DNA of 63,340 nucleotides, the filler included, from Octopus bimaculoides (Eukaryota), in NCBI RefSeq assembly GCF_001194135.2. It is 8 parts of 8 records of this genome, joined end to end, with 100 filler letters (N's around TTAATTAATTAA, not from the genome) between each part and the next. Parts side by side here need not be neighbours in the genome. Positions count along the whole stretch, not along the records: positions 29,492 to 43,905 come from NC_069002.1; positions 44,006 to 52,023 come from NC_068982.1; 6 more parts are not named here. One strand, given 5' to 3'. Positions 36,980 through 50,999 of this stretch are shown here, piece by piece (position 1 is the first letter of the stretch; each line of letters opens with the position of its first letter). The notes beneath the pieces were generated by a model. That model was given only the letters and a program-made list of their open reading frames with translations, was not told the DNA's origin and made no database searches. Made by a program: the position numbers and the translations under genes.

Positions 36980-37566
36980 ATGTATNNNNNNNNNNTCGAG
37001 CAAATCAAACCTCAGGACTTATTCTTTGTAAGCCTAGTACTTATTCTATCAATCTCTTTTGCTGAACTGCTAAGTTTAGGGGGGGGGCAAACTTCTCTGA
37101 TAAGCATCACCTGACCAGTGGGCAAACACACAGATTCACCATGGGTACCCATCTAACCAGTAAGCAAACACTTATGGACCAAACTCCACATTTAATCCAG
37201 TTCTGTACTGTAGCTTCTTACTATTATTTCTCCTGCTACTGTCTCTCAATCAACTGACCTGGAGGTCACTGGACATGTTTGCTAGTATTGGTGGTGGTGG
37301 TGGTGGTGGGGTTAGAATGGCTAATGCTTGTGTCTTAGAGGTCAAAGCTACTAAAACAAAATAGAACCATGATCATTCCTTGTTATAGAAGCAGCTTTTT
37401 TGGAAATACTTCTTCAGTAGTTTTTATCAAAGAAGAATGCACCTATATAATGTATATATAGAAGTATATAGTCATAAAAAATATATACATCTATGTAAGT
37501 TATGTACCTATAGAAAGTATATACCTATATGCAAAGTGTGTGTGTGTGGAACGCAACACACACTGA

Positions 37567-37604
<38 letters not shown>

Positions 37605-39514
37605 CACACATCTTTATATGGAGGTATATATCAATATATACATACCTTTATATATATATGTTCATATCTCTCTCTCTACCTGTATGTATATATATATATA
37701 TATATATACAAAGTCTCTGTGAACTGTCAATGAGAAATATGAAATTCTTTTTTTTTTTTTTTTTTTTTGTGGGACAAAATGTTGTCAAAATTCTCATTAA
37801 AATCTTGTGGTTCCTCTCGTCAAAACTGTCTGCAAGTGACAATCAGTTAACACTGTCTTAGAAAAGGATTTTATCAGTGCCATCTTTGAAAATGTTTTTT
37901 TTTAACGTAAATAGGTGGCATCAAATGCTGGAATCTATTGACAAGCAAAGGATTTTAAAGAAACATATCCTTCGTTTGGGAGGCATTTCTAAAGCTGACT
38001 CAAGTAATCTCTTTTGTTCTTGTCTTTTAATACAACATTGTGACTGCAGGTCACTAACTTCGAGTTGAAGATCTTGACAAAAGTTCTGAGATAATACTGT
38101 TAAATGGATTTGAAAGATTTTTAATGCATTTACATTTTCGAGGCAATAACCTGAGTGTAGTGACGTCTGGAGTAAATTCAAAAGGAAATGAAAAATTTGG
38201 TTGTATTTTTCACAGCAAGGAAAATGGTTGTCGTTATTTAACATTAGCTAGGAATGGGAAAAAAAGGTCAATTTATGTTGAGAAGATTTCACAGCAGAGT
38301 ATATGTCGCATATAAGTTTAGAATCACCTTGTAATCTAAACCCAATCTTGTTAAGCTATGTTATTAAGTCAAGCAAGGATGCCAATTTCCTCAACCATTC
38401 TTAGTTTGCAAGGAACAGCTGAACCTTGGAGTATGTTCCTTCACAAAAATAATTCCAATCTCCATTTGAAATTGAGAAATTCTAAGATAACTTTTACTGC
38501 TACTAACCCTGTAGTGTAATAAACCAAATCACGATATTTAGCTTCTGTTTCTTTGAAAACTGTTTGAAACAGGCATTGATTGAGTGCACTCGATTAAGAT
38601 TCACCACTGAAATGACTGCTTCTTTGACATATGACAGAGGTTTAAATGTTTTTCCTAAATTACATTGTGATGAATGAGGCAACGAAATGCTGCAAGGTTT
38701 GCTGCAAAGGTGGAAGTAGGGATTGCAGATTGAACTTGTTAAATACTGAAACACCAACCTACCAAGAAGTAATAGCTGTAGTGGTGGTGGTGGTGGCGGT
38801 GGCGGTGGTGGTGGTGGCAGTGTTGGTGGTTTTGAGGTCAGGGTTTAATGTCTCTTAGTAATTCTTCTTTCCTTTTGACCTTCCTCTCTTCCTTTTTCCT
38901 TTCCTCCTGCCCCCACCCCTGCTAGATTCCTCTACTCTCTTTCTCCACTACTATCACCACCATCTCTTGCAGCAACACCACCTCTTTCTACTCCTCTTTT
39001 CATACCCCCTACCCCTCATTATGCCACTACCTTCATCTTCTTAACCAACTCTTACCACTCCACCTGCCACCCTCACTTTCTGAATCTCCCTCTTCATCCA
39101 TCACCAGCACCACCACTACCACTTTCTCCTCCTCCTCCTCCTCCTCCTCTCTTTTAAAAGTAAATTTAAATGTTAAACTCTGCAATCATAACTTGTTTTA
39201 TTTTACACACACACACACACACACACATACACACTATCATGTACTGACGTACAGTCACAAACAGTGCAACATGTCACATGTGGACTCCACATCTCAACTT
39301 TTCCAAACAATGCGTTATTAACTAAAACTGCTCTATTAATAATTATAAGACATGGGGCTATGAGGTACTTCTCTTAAGAAAGACTGAAACTTTGGTATAT
39401 CATATAGAGGAACTATGCCGAACATTTTTGCTCTGCTGTTGTCTTCTGCGACAAACATGTTTGTTCCTGTGACTCTTTGTATCTTCAGGCAGTGACAAAG
39501 AGGCCACATATATT

Positions 39515-39721
39515 CTTTTATTTGTTTCAGTCATTTTACTGCAGCCATGCTGGAGCACCACCTTTTTAGTCAAACAAATCAACCCCAAGACTTATTCTTT
39601 GTAAGCATAGTACTTATTCTATTGATCTCTTTTGCCGAACTGCTAAGTTACAGGGACGTGAACACACCAACATCCGTTGTCAAGCGATGATGGGGGACAA
39701 ACACAGACACACAAACATTTC

Positions 39722-39765
<44 letters not shown>

Positions 39766-40213
39766 NNNNNNNNNNNNNNNNNNNNNNNNNNNNNNNNNNN
39801 NNNNNNNNNNNNNNNNNNNNNNNNNNNNNNNNNNNNNNNNNNNNNNNNNNNNNNNNNNNNNNNNNNNNNNNNNNNNNNNNNNNNNNNNNNNNNNNNNNNN
39901 NNNNNNNNNNNNNNNNNNNNNNNNNNNNNNNNNNNNNNNNNNNNNNNNNNNNNNNNNNNNNNNNNNNNNNNNNNNNNNNNNNNNNNNNNNNNNNNNNNNN
40001 NNNNNNNNNNNNNNNNNNNNNNNNNNNNNNNNNNNNNNNNNNNNNNNNNNNNNNNNNNNNNNNNNNNNNNNNNNNNNNNNNNNNNNNNNNNNNNNNNNNN
40101 NNNNNNNNNNNNNNNNNNNNNNNNNNNNNNNNNNNNNNNNNNNNNNNNNNNNNNNNNNNNNNNNNNNNNNNNNNNNNNNNNNNNNNNNNNNNNNNNNNNN
40201 NNNNNNNNNNCTC

Positions 40214-40244
<31 letters not shown>

Positions 40245-40380
40245 GCTTCTTTCAGTTTCCATCGGCCAAATCCACTCACAAGGTAGTAGAAGACACTTGC
40301 CCAAGGTACCATGCTGTGGGACTGAACCTGGAGCCAAGTGGCTGGGAAGCAAACCTCTTACCACTCAGCCACACCTGTAC
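39515..40380 (-). mobile_element. SINE family A (gap inside)
   Basis: Both modules flank an N gap. Confidence 0.8.
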
Positions 40381-40553
40381 CTATATACTGTATATATATA
40401 TTTATGAAAGTTCAAATAAAGGTTACAAACCTCATTAAGGGATAATAAAATCCAATGAAAATACTAGTTAGTTACCTATTCAAAAAGTGCTGAATATTAC
40501 AATTTATATTCAACTGTAAGGTAACCAGATAAACTGTACTTTACATATATTTT

Positions 40554-40815
40554 AAGAAGATAAGAAAATAGAGAGATAATTAATAATTATTTATTAATTA
40601 GAAAAAATTAGACATCTCTGACAGCTGTTTCGATTTGAGACCTTCATAAATTAATTACCATATTTAAAACCATTTAAAAGTCGACTTTTAAATGGTTTTA
40701 ATTATGACAATTAATTTATAAAGGTCTGGAATCGAAACAGCTGTCAGAGATGTTGTCTAATTTTTTTTTAATTAATAAACAATTACTACTTACCTCTCTA
40801 TTTTCTTATCTTCTT
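40554..40815. repeat. Spacerless palindrome, ~130-bp arms
   Basis: Centre CCATTTAAAAGTC|GACTTTTAAATGG at 40682/40683; arms end AAGAAGATAAG / CTTATCTTCTT. Confidence 0.9.
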
Positions 40816-40853
<38 letters not shown>

Positions 40854-40879
40854 GAGAGAGAGAGAGAGAGAGAATGTAT

Positions 40880-41035
40880 GAAGCTATATAGCTTGTTTAG
40901 TTGGTGGGATTATGATTGTAAAGTTTGTGGGTTCGATTCCTTGATGCAGCAGTGTGTTGTGTCCTTGAGCCAGACACTTTATTTCATGTTTCGCCAGTTC
41001 ACTCAGTTCAAAATGAGGAGTTGCAGCAAAGAGCT
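40880..41035 (+). mobile_element. SINE family C, degenerate
   Basis: GGTTCGATTCC and CCTTGAGCCAGACACTTTATTTCA. Confidence 0.6.
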
Positions 41036-41204
41036 GGGGTTGACATTGACTCCTGTCTTTGTCAGATGTAGTTGCTCAAATGCTTTGGAATTGCTTTGAA
41101 TTAAGATCTTATTTGATGGGTCTGTAGATTTTAAGCAAACCTTAACTTTATATGCATAGATATATATATTGTTTATTCAAGTGAAGGTACATTGTTCAGT
41201 GGTT

Positions 41205-41432
41205 AGTGCGGTAAGCTCACAATCATGAGGTAGTGAGTTCAGTTCCCAGACTGGGCTGTGTGTTGTGTTCTTGAGCAACACACTCTATTTCATGTTGCTC
41301 CAGTTCCTTCAGCTGTAGAAATGAGTTGTGACATCACTGATGCCAAGCTGTATTGGCCCCTTTGCTTTTCCTTTGAATAAAATCGATAGCATAGAGAGGG
41401 GAGGCTGGTATGCATGGGTGACTTCTGGTCTT
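41205..41432 (+). mobile_element. SINE family C
   Basis: Collinear with 6304-6520. Confidence 0.75.
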
Positions 41433-42479
41433 TACCCTTTACTATTTATTCAGTATTATTCAAAACTGTGTGTAAGTTGACACACTGAACTTGTCTTTGC
41501 TTATCTTCAGGCAACTTATGTTATGCATGAAGGTTTTCACATATAGCTATTGACTGGATCTGCTTGAATTCTGTTGAAAGCCTCTCCATAAACTTCTCAG
41601 TTTACAGCACATTTATATAACAATGTGTAAAGGAAATTGGAATAATTTTTAAGGTATATAAAAAAATATCTGAAAATTTCTAAAGAACATCTGTAGGTAA
41701 CTTAATTGCTTAAAGTGCAATAATTGTCTACAAAATTTTCAAGCATTCAACAACACATTGTTTGATAAAATACCATTAATAATATGGGCTTTAATTGATA
41801 TTTTATCAGGAACCACATTAGAGGAGGGTAGGTGATTACTGATGAGTATATAAACATGTCTGAAACTATAATCCAATCATCCATCCATCTTTTTATGCCT
41901 TTGGATTAAATATGATGACCATTTAAAACTGTCCAATGAATACTAATTTAAGTTTATTTACACATAAATAAATGAATGAATGGATGATCTCAGGTTTACC
42001 CCCCCCCCCACTCTTTGTCATGCACTCCCCCACTCCAATCTGGTTATTGATTTCATTATTTCTGAGTCTGTTTTCTGTTTACTGGTCTCTGAGGATATTG
42101 CACTTTTCACTGTCCAGCCATTTTCACCAACTTTCGTTCTGTTTACATCTCCTTCCCAGGACTGAATCCTTCATCTGTCTGTGAACCACATGACAGCTCC
42201 ATAGTTCTGGCATGTAGCATGTCATTTTGGGACAAACAACTTTGAGGACCCTTCTTTCACACCAGTACATCACCATCACTATTGGTCATTCCAGGGCTTT
42301 TAATGTTACAGCTTGATGCTTTTGCTGAGGGCACAGTCTCCTCTTGAATATCATCATGGTTTCCTGTTCTCTTGTTTGGAAAATTTGAAAGATCCATCTG
42401 GCCAGCTGTCTGCACTTTATTGCCAAATTAAGAATAGGCACCTATAAAAATGCTTTGTTACTCATGTCAGTGCCCAGGT

Positions 42480-42900
42480 TGTGCACTAATTTTGATTCAG
42501 GGATTTCAGTCCCACCTGTTTGCAATTCAACTTTGTGCGCTTGTGGCACAGGGCTTGAGTTATAACTCTCTCTGCAACTTTCATCACCTGATTCAACAAT
42601 TTGATACCTCTGTAATTATTTGTATCTAAAGTGTCACCTTTACCTTTGTAGTAGTTGACTATGGTGCTGCTACACCAGTCATTAGGTATGACTCCTTCAT
42701 GAACCACCTGATTTACAATACAGATGACTAAACCATAACCCACACTACTGGATATTTTAAGCATCTCAACAGTGATTCCTGATGGACTGGGGGCTTTTCC
42801 TGATTTTATATCTTTAATTGCTTTATCTACCAGGGTACTGTCACTTTGGGTAGCTGTTCCCCAAGTTGGCTCAACATTTGACAAACTCTCCTCATATAAA
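42480..42900 (-). mobile_element. RTE-clade LINE RT fragment
   Basis: KSGKAPSPSGITVEMLK...IPNDWCSSTIVNYYKGKGDTLDTNNYRGIKLL. Confidence 0.85.
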
Positions 42901-42933
42901 TTCACACATATATATATGTATATATATAAATTT

Positions 42934-42993
<60 letters not shown>

Positions 42994-43862
42994 TAGATAG
43001 ATAGATGTAAATTGTCCAGATAAGAGATGTAATGTGAGAGAATAGATGTTTATAATATATGTTAGTTACATAAGCAACACTTACATGATTCATCACAACC
43101 TTTACCACAGTTTCTTGATTGCCATGCACCAGTCAGAGAGCTTACTGTGAACTGCATTTGATTCTTTGAATCCTATTATATATATATATATATATATATA
43201 TGTCTCTTAGAAGATAGAGCTCAAAATCGATGCATTGAAGATACTTTATTGCAGCAACAATTATAATAGCAGAAACAACCACAATCTGTTAACAGATACT
43301 ATATATTTTGTAAAATTTTGTTTTATAAAAGTATATATTTAATATATATATATATATGAAAAGCTGAAGAATTATATGGCAAGTGGACTAGTGACATAGA
43401 TGTAGATAAATAAGCTAAAAGATATTGTACTGAGTGACATACACACAAGATTTGTAACTAATTGAAATTGTTCTTTTAGTTTGAGAAAGAAAATAAATGC
43501 CCAGTGGCACTATATACATCTGTTGTGTACACACACACACACACAAACATACACACATGTATATGAAATCTTCAGCTTAGCAGTGTGATGACAGCTGGAA
43601 TGCCTAAATATCAAATCATGGAAGCCACTGTCAAGCTTTCCCAGGTAAAAGCTGAAACATGTTCTTTTGCTAAAAAGTATTGAGTGGTCCTCAGCTTTAA
43701 TGTGAAATTGGTTTTTTCTATGCATGTTACTTTACATATAAACAAACTTTAATATAAATATATATATTCATGTGTGTATGTGCATACACACACAGCCACA
43801 CATATACATACATACATACATACATATGAGTGTGTGTGTGTGTGTTTATATATATATATGTG

Positions 43863-43905
<43 letters not shown>

Positions 43906-44005
43906 NNNNNNNNNNNNNNNNNNNNNNNNNNNNNNNNNNNNNNNNNNNNTTAATTAATTAANNNNNNNNNNNNNNNNNNNNNNNNNNNNNNNNNNNNNNN
44001 NNNNN
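43906..44005. other. Artificial scaffold join
   Basis: 44 N + TTAATTAATTAA + 44 N. Confidence 0.95.
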
Positions 44006-44408
44006 TCATATGTTTGTCCGTGGTGTTCTGGATTGGTGCTTTTTGTACACTATTATACATCTCTACGGTCTGGGTTTGTTGTTTTTTGTTTACTTCGTTT
44101 TTGCCGGAAATGTTACGTTTGTCCTCGTGTTTTGCTATCTCAGTGTTTATATTATTATTTGGCATTGCTGTGTGACTACTATCTAGATTTTCCTGATGTA
44201 TTTTTTCTTTCAATTGTTCTATTTCTATTTCTGATAATTTTTTGCTTTTAGAATATATCTTCTTATGTTAGCTAGTTTGTTAGGGTTCATTGTTTTATCG
44301 AGGTCTATATTTACATTATTTTTCTTCCATATTTTATATGTATGTGTTGTTGCGTTTTCGTTTTTTTTGGGTAGAGCACTGCTGTGAAATAGGCGTGTAG
44401 GATCGAAA
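44006..44408 (-). mobile_element. Probable R4/Dong-clade LINE 5' region
   Basis: Frameshifted TYKIWKKNN...KLANIRRYILKAKKLSEIEIEQLKEKIHQEN resembles the R4-clade N-terminus; preceded by (TAA)n in sense orientation. Confidence 0.55.
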
Positions 44409-44483
<75 letters not shown>

Positions 44484-44673
44484 CATTATTATTATTAAAT
44501 TCAAATTACGATAAACGTAAACAAACAAACAAAGTTTGCTTTTAGAACCGTTGAGATGTCTTAGAAAATTAAAGAAATGATTTTTAAATTCTCAAACGTA
44601 GGATAATGCTAATAATATAGCCTGAACAGGATAAGCTACCCCCAATTTGCAGAAAAAAGTGTTGGCGGCCAGC

Positions 44674-44725
<52 letters not shown>

Positions 44726-44759
44726 GTTAGTATTATTATTAGGGGAAATTCTAGGCGAG

Positions 44760-45190
44760 TACAGGGATGAACTAGCTGGTTTGTTGAGGTGAATTTTCGA
44801 GCTGGGGACTACCACGGACAACTGCCAGAAATGCCTGTGATTGCTACCGAGGGACACTGCCGGTTCGAGCCAAACTGTACAGACACGGAAGACGGGACTG
44901 CCTGAGATAGTGCAGAGCGGCGAAACCGTACTACACGCACTCGTTCGAGCATTGCTGACTTGATGTTGAATAACTGTTGTCGCATGTAAGATGAATCAAA
45001 CTATCGATCGAATTCATCACGAGGATCGCCCCACCACCTGCTTTAACAAGGTGGGGTAGGCGATGTTTTTCTGTCTAGTGGCTACAGCAAAAGAGTTATG
45101 TGGTGGACGATGCTGAAATGATTTAAAACAGACACCTTCCTCTTCGGTCAAGCTCTCATCGACGTTTTCGAGTTCCATTTGGAAAGAAAA
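44760..45190 (+). mobile_element. Tx1-clade LINE 3' fragment, decayed
   Basis: CYRGTLPVRAKLYRHG and QSGETVLHALV match the 24450-25592 family. Confidence 0.7.
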
Positions 45191-45391
45191 ATGAGGGAGG
45201 GGAGGGAAATGCTCTTAATCAGTGAAATTTGTTAATAGGTGGATGGACCTGTTCTAAGTGTGCACATACAGGTTAGAGAACAATTGTTGGGCAAGGGCAT
45301 GTACTCTTGGTGGTCAAGGAGATATGTGGTCCTGATTGACCCTAGATAGCGGTTCTCTCTCTATAACGAGGATTGCGTTATAGATATACTC

Positions 45392-45787
45392 TTTTACTTG
45401 CTTCAGTCATTCGACTGCGGCCATGCTGGAGCACCGCCTTTTAGTCAAGCAAATCGACCCCAGGACTTATTCTTTGGAAGCGTAGTACTTATTCTATCGG
45501 TCTATTTTGCCGAACCGCTAAGTTACGGGGACGTAAACACACCAGCATCGGTTGTCGAGCAATGCTGGGGGGATAAACACAAACACACAAATATATACAC
45601 ACACATACATACATATATATTTACATATATACGACGGGCTTCTTTCAGTTTCCGTCTACCAAATCCACTCACAAGGCTTTGGTCGGCCCGAGGCTATAGT
45701 AGAAGACACATGCCCAAGGTGCCACGCAGTGGGACTGAACCCGGAACCATGTGGTTGGTAAGCAAGCTACTTACCACACAGCCACTC
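45392..45787 (-). mobile_element. SINE family A, full length, best-preserved copy
   Basis: All modules intact. Confidence 0.9.
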
Positions 45788-46439
45788 CATAAGTTCTATA
45801 CTGTATATACTTTTATCTTATTCCCCCAGCTCATATTCTCCCTTTCTTGTCCTCATCTTTTATATAAAACCTCACACTATTGTAAACTGTCCTTGTAATA
45901 TGCCCCTCATCTGATGCCCTTGTGGCAAATAAAAGAAATCCTCCTCCCACTCATCGTCATCGACATCATCGTCATCATCGTCGTCATCACCATCATCATT
46001 AAGATCATTAACATTATTAACATCATTAACATCATATAAAATATTTTTAAATTAAATTTTTCATTTTAACACAAAAACATATTTATTAACGGCAAATCAA
46101 CAACAAAAACAACAACAGAAACAACAACAAAAACACTACCAACAGCAACAACAAAATACAAACATTAAATAACAAAAATAAAAAGCATCTTTCATGATAG
46201 CGTAATTGCTTGTTTATTTCTTTCTTTATTTGCTTTGCTTGTCTTTATTTCTATTTTTTTAACACACTATTTTTTGTTTTTAGTTTTTAGATTTTAAATA
46301 GCATTTTAAATTAAATTAAGAAACGATTTTATTGGCAACTGAAAGCTTTTTAAATTAGCAATAGTGACCAGGTTATCTACTTTTCATCAAATACTCGTTT
46401 TACGTTCAAGAACGGATTACGGTAGAGGCAAGTGGCGGG

Positions 46440-47587
46440 GTTTTTTCACGGGTAGTTTTCTTTCTTTCCTTTTTCCTTCTTTCTGTTGCTCTTTCCTTCT
46501 TTCTTTCTTTCTTTCTTTCTTTCTTTTTTGCCTTCTTCCTCTTTTTCTTCTTTTTATCGTCCACTACTTCTTCCTCTCCTCCTTCATCCTCTTCGTACTT
46601 TCTTTTTCTTCTGCTTCTTCCTCCTCGTCCTACTTTTCCTTCTTCTTCTTCTTCTTCTTCTTCTTCTTCTCCTCCTCCTTCTCCTCCTCCTTCTCCTCCT
46701 CCTTCTCCTCTTCATTCTCTTCCTCCTCCTCCTCCTCCTCCTCCTCCTCCTTCTTCTTCTTCTTCTTTATCGTCGTCGTCGTCGTCGTCGTCTTCGTCTT
46801 TCATCGTTNNNNNNNNNNCTTCTTCTCCTCCTCCTCCTCCTCCTTCTTCTTATTATTCTTCTTCTTCTCCTCCTCCTCCTCCTCCTTCTCCTCCTCCTTC
46901 TTCTTCTTCTTCTTCTTCTCCTCCTCCTCCTCCTCCTTTTTCTTCTTCTTCTTCTCCTCCTCCTCCTCCTCCTTCTTCTTCTTCTTCTTTATCGTCGTCG
47001 TCGTCGTCGTCGTCTTCGTCTTTCATCGTTTATACCCTTCCTCCACCTCCACCCTTCTGCACCTCATCCTCTCCTCTCATCCCCACCTCCAACCTCCTCT
47101 TCTCTCCCTCCTCCTCTCTTTGTCTCCCTCGTTTCCCGCTCCCTTCCTCCCACCTTTGTTTTCCTTCCTCTCTGCGCCTCATCTTCACATCTGTCCATCT
47201 CCTCCACCTCCACCTCTTCTTCGTCTCTCCATCATTCACCTCCATCCCCAACGACTCCTCTCATTTTCCCCGTCCTCTCATCATTTCCTCTCCTCTCTCA
47301 TCTCTTCGTTGTTCTTATCACTTTCTCCTTTTCTCTTCCTTCTGCTACTATTTCCTATAGCCCCTCCTCTCCATTTCTGATTTTCAGACATACTTCTCCG
47401 CCCCTTTCCGCTTTAATATTCATTATTGCAGTGTAGGGACGATGATGATGATGATGACGACGACGACGATGATGATGATGCTGCTGATGATGTTGGTGAT
47501 GACGTCGATGATGACGGCGATGATGATGATGACAACGACGTCATTGACGATGACGACGACGATGATGACGATGACGTTGATGATGAG

Positions 47588-47618
<31 letters not shown>

Positions 47619-47950
47619 GTAGATAAGACAGCAGAGTGGTGATGGTGAGTGGTGGGGGAGGGTGTGTGTGCAATTAATTTAAAGCCATAATTAATATAAC
47701 AGTTCGATGGAGTTCAAAAGAAGGGGAGATTAACAAGAGTCTGTTAGCTATATCCGGATTAAACGGCTGGGCTTGTACATGTGTCATCAGGTTGTTAATG
47801 ATAAACGGTGTTGGCGAAGGTGATGATGGTTCTAGTGATAGTAGTGGCGGTGGTGATGGTTGTGGTGATGGTTGTGGTGATGGTAGTGATGGTGATGATG
47901 ATGGTGGTGGTTGTGATGAGGGTTGTGGTGATGGTGGTGTTGACAGATCA
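46440..47950. repeat. Long low-complexity block: (CTT/CTC)n, then (GAT/GAC)n and (GGT)n
   Basis: Directly visible. Confidence 0.95.
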
Positions 47951-49399
47951 TTCAGAGCCAATATTGAGGAGGACTTGATACAGTAAAGAAAATTAAAGAG
48001 AACATAAGATCTATTAAACATTGGACATGGATCAATCAATGTAAACATCTCTCGAAGCTATACACTAGCAAGCAGCTCCACGAAGGACTAAACAAGTCCT
48101 TCAATCAGTTCGGTAAGCGAAAATGATTTACCTTAATAACAACGAGCTTGATGGTCAAATCTATTTGGGCCAGACCCTCCTCGTGTTTTAAGTATAAAGA
48201 AAATATAGAGCTTTATTGTATTTTGGGAAGGTCATTATGCCAATAAAAAACACATTCACTGTTTCTGTTTTACTTCTTTATTATTTATTTGTCAATTGGT
48301 TAACTATCTAACCAATTGACTAATCGATTATTTGATTAATCGATCGGTCAATGAATCAGTCAATGAATCAATCTATCAATCAGTTAATCGATCAACGAAT
48401 TTCGTTGTCATTCGCGACGTCATCAATGACGTGCTCTCAGTTGACTCGGAGTATAGAGGACATGTCATTAATAAGGTCGTAAATGATGACAAAAGGAATT
48501 CGACAATGTTTATGACAAAAAAAAAACAAAAAAACGTTGAGATTTATGTAATGACGATGCAAGTAATGACTAAAATGTATTGCATCAATAAAAGAGATGA
48601 CATCCTGGAAGGGGAAGAAAAACTTATTCGGATGAGAAAAACATAGAAAATAAGACGCGACGGAAAAAATTTCAGGACACTTGTTCTGAAATTAAAAAAA
48701 GTATTTGAATTAAATACCAAAAGTATTTTATAGGGATTATAACAAACTATATTTAAAACGCGCGCGCGCGCGTACGCATGCATGCACACATACAAAGTTA
48801 GAGTGATGTCTACGGTAATTTAAACATACTGAGAGGGAATATGGAAGAAAGCACAATGGATCAGAGGAGAAGATGAAAAATAATATAGTAGCAGTACAAA
48901 TATGGTCTACAGGATCACGTTAAGAACTGCATACAACTGGAAACCCTTAGGCTTCGCTCCAATATCTGGTTGAAAAACCTGAATACTACTCATAGATATG
49001 TGGAAGTAGTATTCAATAGACTAACATGATATGTGAACGGTTGATGGAGGTGACAGCAACAATAATACTCTAAAGCAGAAATAACAAAGACAAGCCTATA
49101 GCCATCTCTGTAACATACTTAATGCAGATATAACCATGAGAGCTACATTAAGTCTGATATTTTTGTGGGGATAATATCCTTTATGGACGCACTGTGTTTG
49201 AAAACACAAAACTATATCAGTAGCAGACGAAAGCCGCCCAGAAGCGGCGTTGAAAATGCTTGGTGTACATTTTTGCCTCGTTGAACATTGTCAGTTGCAT
49301 GTACTCACTGCCAGTCGCTTACTAAAGTAGAATTTGTCAACATTGATATATGGAAACAATGACTGAAAAATCACTGATATTGTGATTAGCCAACCAGGC

Positions 49400-50400
49400 T
49401 TACAACTTGTTTGTCAACGATATACAAAGCCCTTACATTCATTTATATCCTGCAACAGGCTGGTTACTCACCAGGAGAGGAATCTCATCCTGCTAGTACA
49501 GAAAATGTGTAACTGTAAAGAGCGACTACTAGTGGACCGATATATTACAGAAGACAACAAATGAGGAAAGCAAATCTTAGCATGACCTGGATAGTTTACC
49601 GAAAGGCATTTGATAGTATATCACTCTCTTGCATACCGGAGACATTGTACATAAATAAAGTGACTTCAATACTAACAAACACCATGCACAAAATTATGTC
49701 AAACTGGAAACCAACAACATGACTACATAGCAAAAAGTAGAAAACCAAAAACACCCCTATGCTGATGTAAGTGGACTCTTCAAAAGGGACATATTAGCCC
49801 CCATTACTCATTTGCTTAGCTCTGACTCCATTAACGAGACTATTGAACGAAATCCCCAATACTTGTAGATGCTACAAACAAAATATAAACCATTTTCTTG
49901 ATATGGATGACATAGAATTGTTTACAAAGGATAATATCAAGTTGAGAAAAAAAAATAGTAAAAATTAATTACAAATTCACTAAAGACATATAAAAACGAG
50001 TTTAAAGCTAAGAGGTGAATTAACTGAAACTGAGATAAGCTGAAACTGAGATTACATTAGATAAAAACACTGAAATTTGAGAATTAGACCAGAACTAAAC
50101 CTACAAATATTTAGAAGTTAATGAAATTGATAAAATATCACGCGCATAAATGGAGGAGAAAATTGGAAATGAGTTTTATAGGAAAGTTAGACAAATATTG
50201 ATAAGTGAGCTTAATACTGGCAATAAGTTAAGTAAAATAATAAGGATAAACGCATCAACCATTTCTGTTTTTAGCAACTTCATCATACGCTGAAGGTCAA
50301 TGAATTGAAAAGCCAAGGCAATTAATAACAATAATTCGTTTCCTTCTTCAGCATGATATTCCAGATTATAAATTTGAAAATACTGACAAAAACTATGCAT
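49400..50400 (+). mobile_element. Highly decayed R4/Dong-clade LINE RT
   Basis: Broken motifs CKERLLVDR, YRKAFDS, GDILAPLLICLALTPL, DMDDIELF, YKYLEV. Confidence 0.7.
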
Positions 50401-50476
50401 GCTCGATCAGGCTACATCGAACATCACATAAGAGAAACAACATTTCCGAATTTATATAGACGAGTAAGTCCGTATC

Positions 50477-50940
50477 CATCCTCAAGATTCACCATGTGCG
50501 TCACAAACAGTCCCGCAGAAAATCCGCAGTTTACTATCAGGGAGTGAATAATCATTACAGATATAGGGTAAAGGATTATTAATTTATTGATAAATTAATA
50601 ATTATTAATTTTACCAAGTAGTTCGGTATGGAAGACATATTGTAGTAGAAGAATTAGTATTTTAACTGCTATTTCTAAATTTCGGTATGTGGTGAAGCAA
50701 CTTTTGCTGATCCCTTAATTATGTTTATAATTATGAAAAAAAAACTTTTTGTATAAGCTTTTACCGATAATGTTTTGTTTTTTTTTTCCATACCGAACTA
50801 CTTGGTAAAATTATTGATTATTAATTTATCAATAAATTCATAATCCTTTACCCTATATCTATAATGATTATTCACTCCCTGATAGTAAACTGCAAATTTT
50901 CTACGGTACTGCTTGTGACGCACATGGTGAATCTTGAGGA

Positions 50941-50942
<2 letters not shown>
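50477..50942. mobile_element. MITE with ~155-bp TIRs
   Basis: CATCCTCAAGATTCACCATGTGCGTCACA... at 50477-50633 inverted at 50786-50942. Confidence 0.8.
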
Positions 50943-50992
<50 letters not shown>

Positions 50993-50999
50993 TAGATTT

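Noticed and set aside
39485-39520. AVTKRPHIFFY as the next kinase exon
   Set aside because: Wrong phase, no INP motif, and it runs into a SINE.
46760-47030. Duplicated TCG/TCT block either side of a 10-N gap
   Set aside because: Probably overlapping contig ends.
46364-47436. Long ORFs of 338 and 316 aa
   Set aside because: Products of stop-free CTT/CTC low complexity spanning an N gap.
47413-47986. Poly-Asp/Ser/Met ORFs as an acidic biomineral-type protein
   Set aside because: Pure trinucleotide repeats with no signal peptide or splice support.
49218-49258. CAGACGA-GCCGC/GCGGC-GTTGAAA
   Set aside because: Both core strands deviate and there are no stems I or III.
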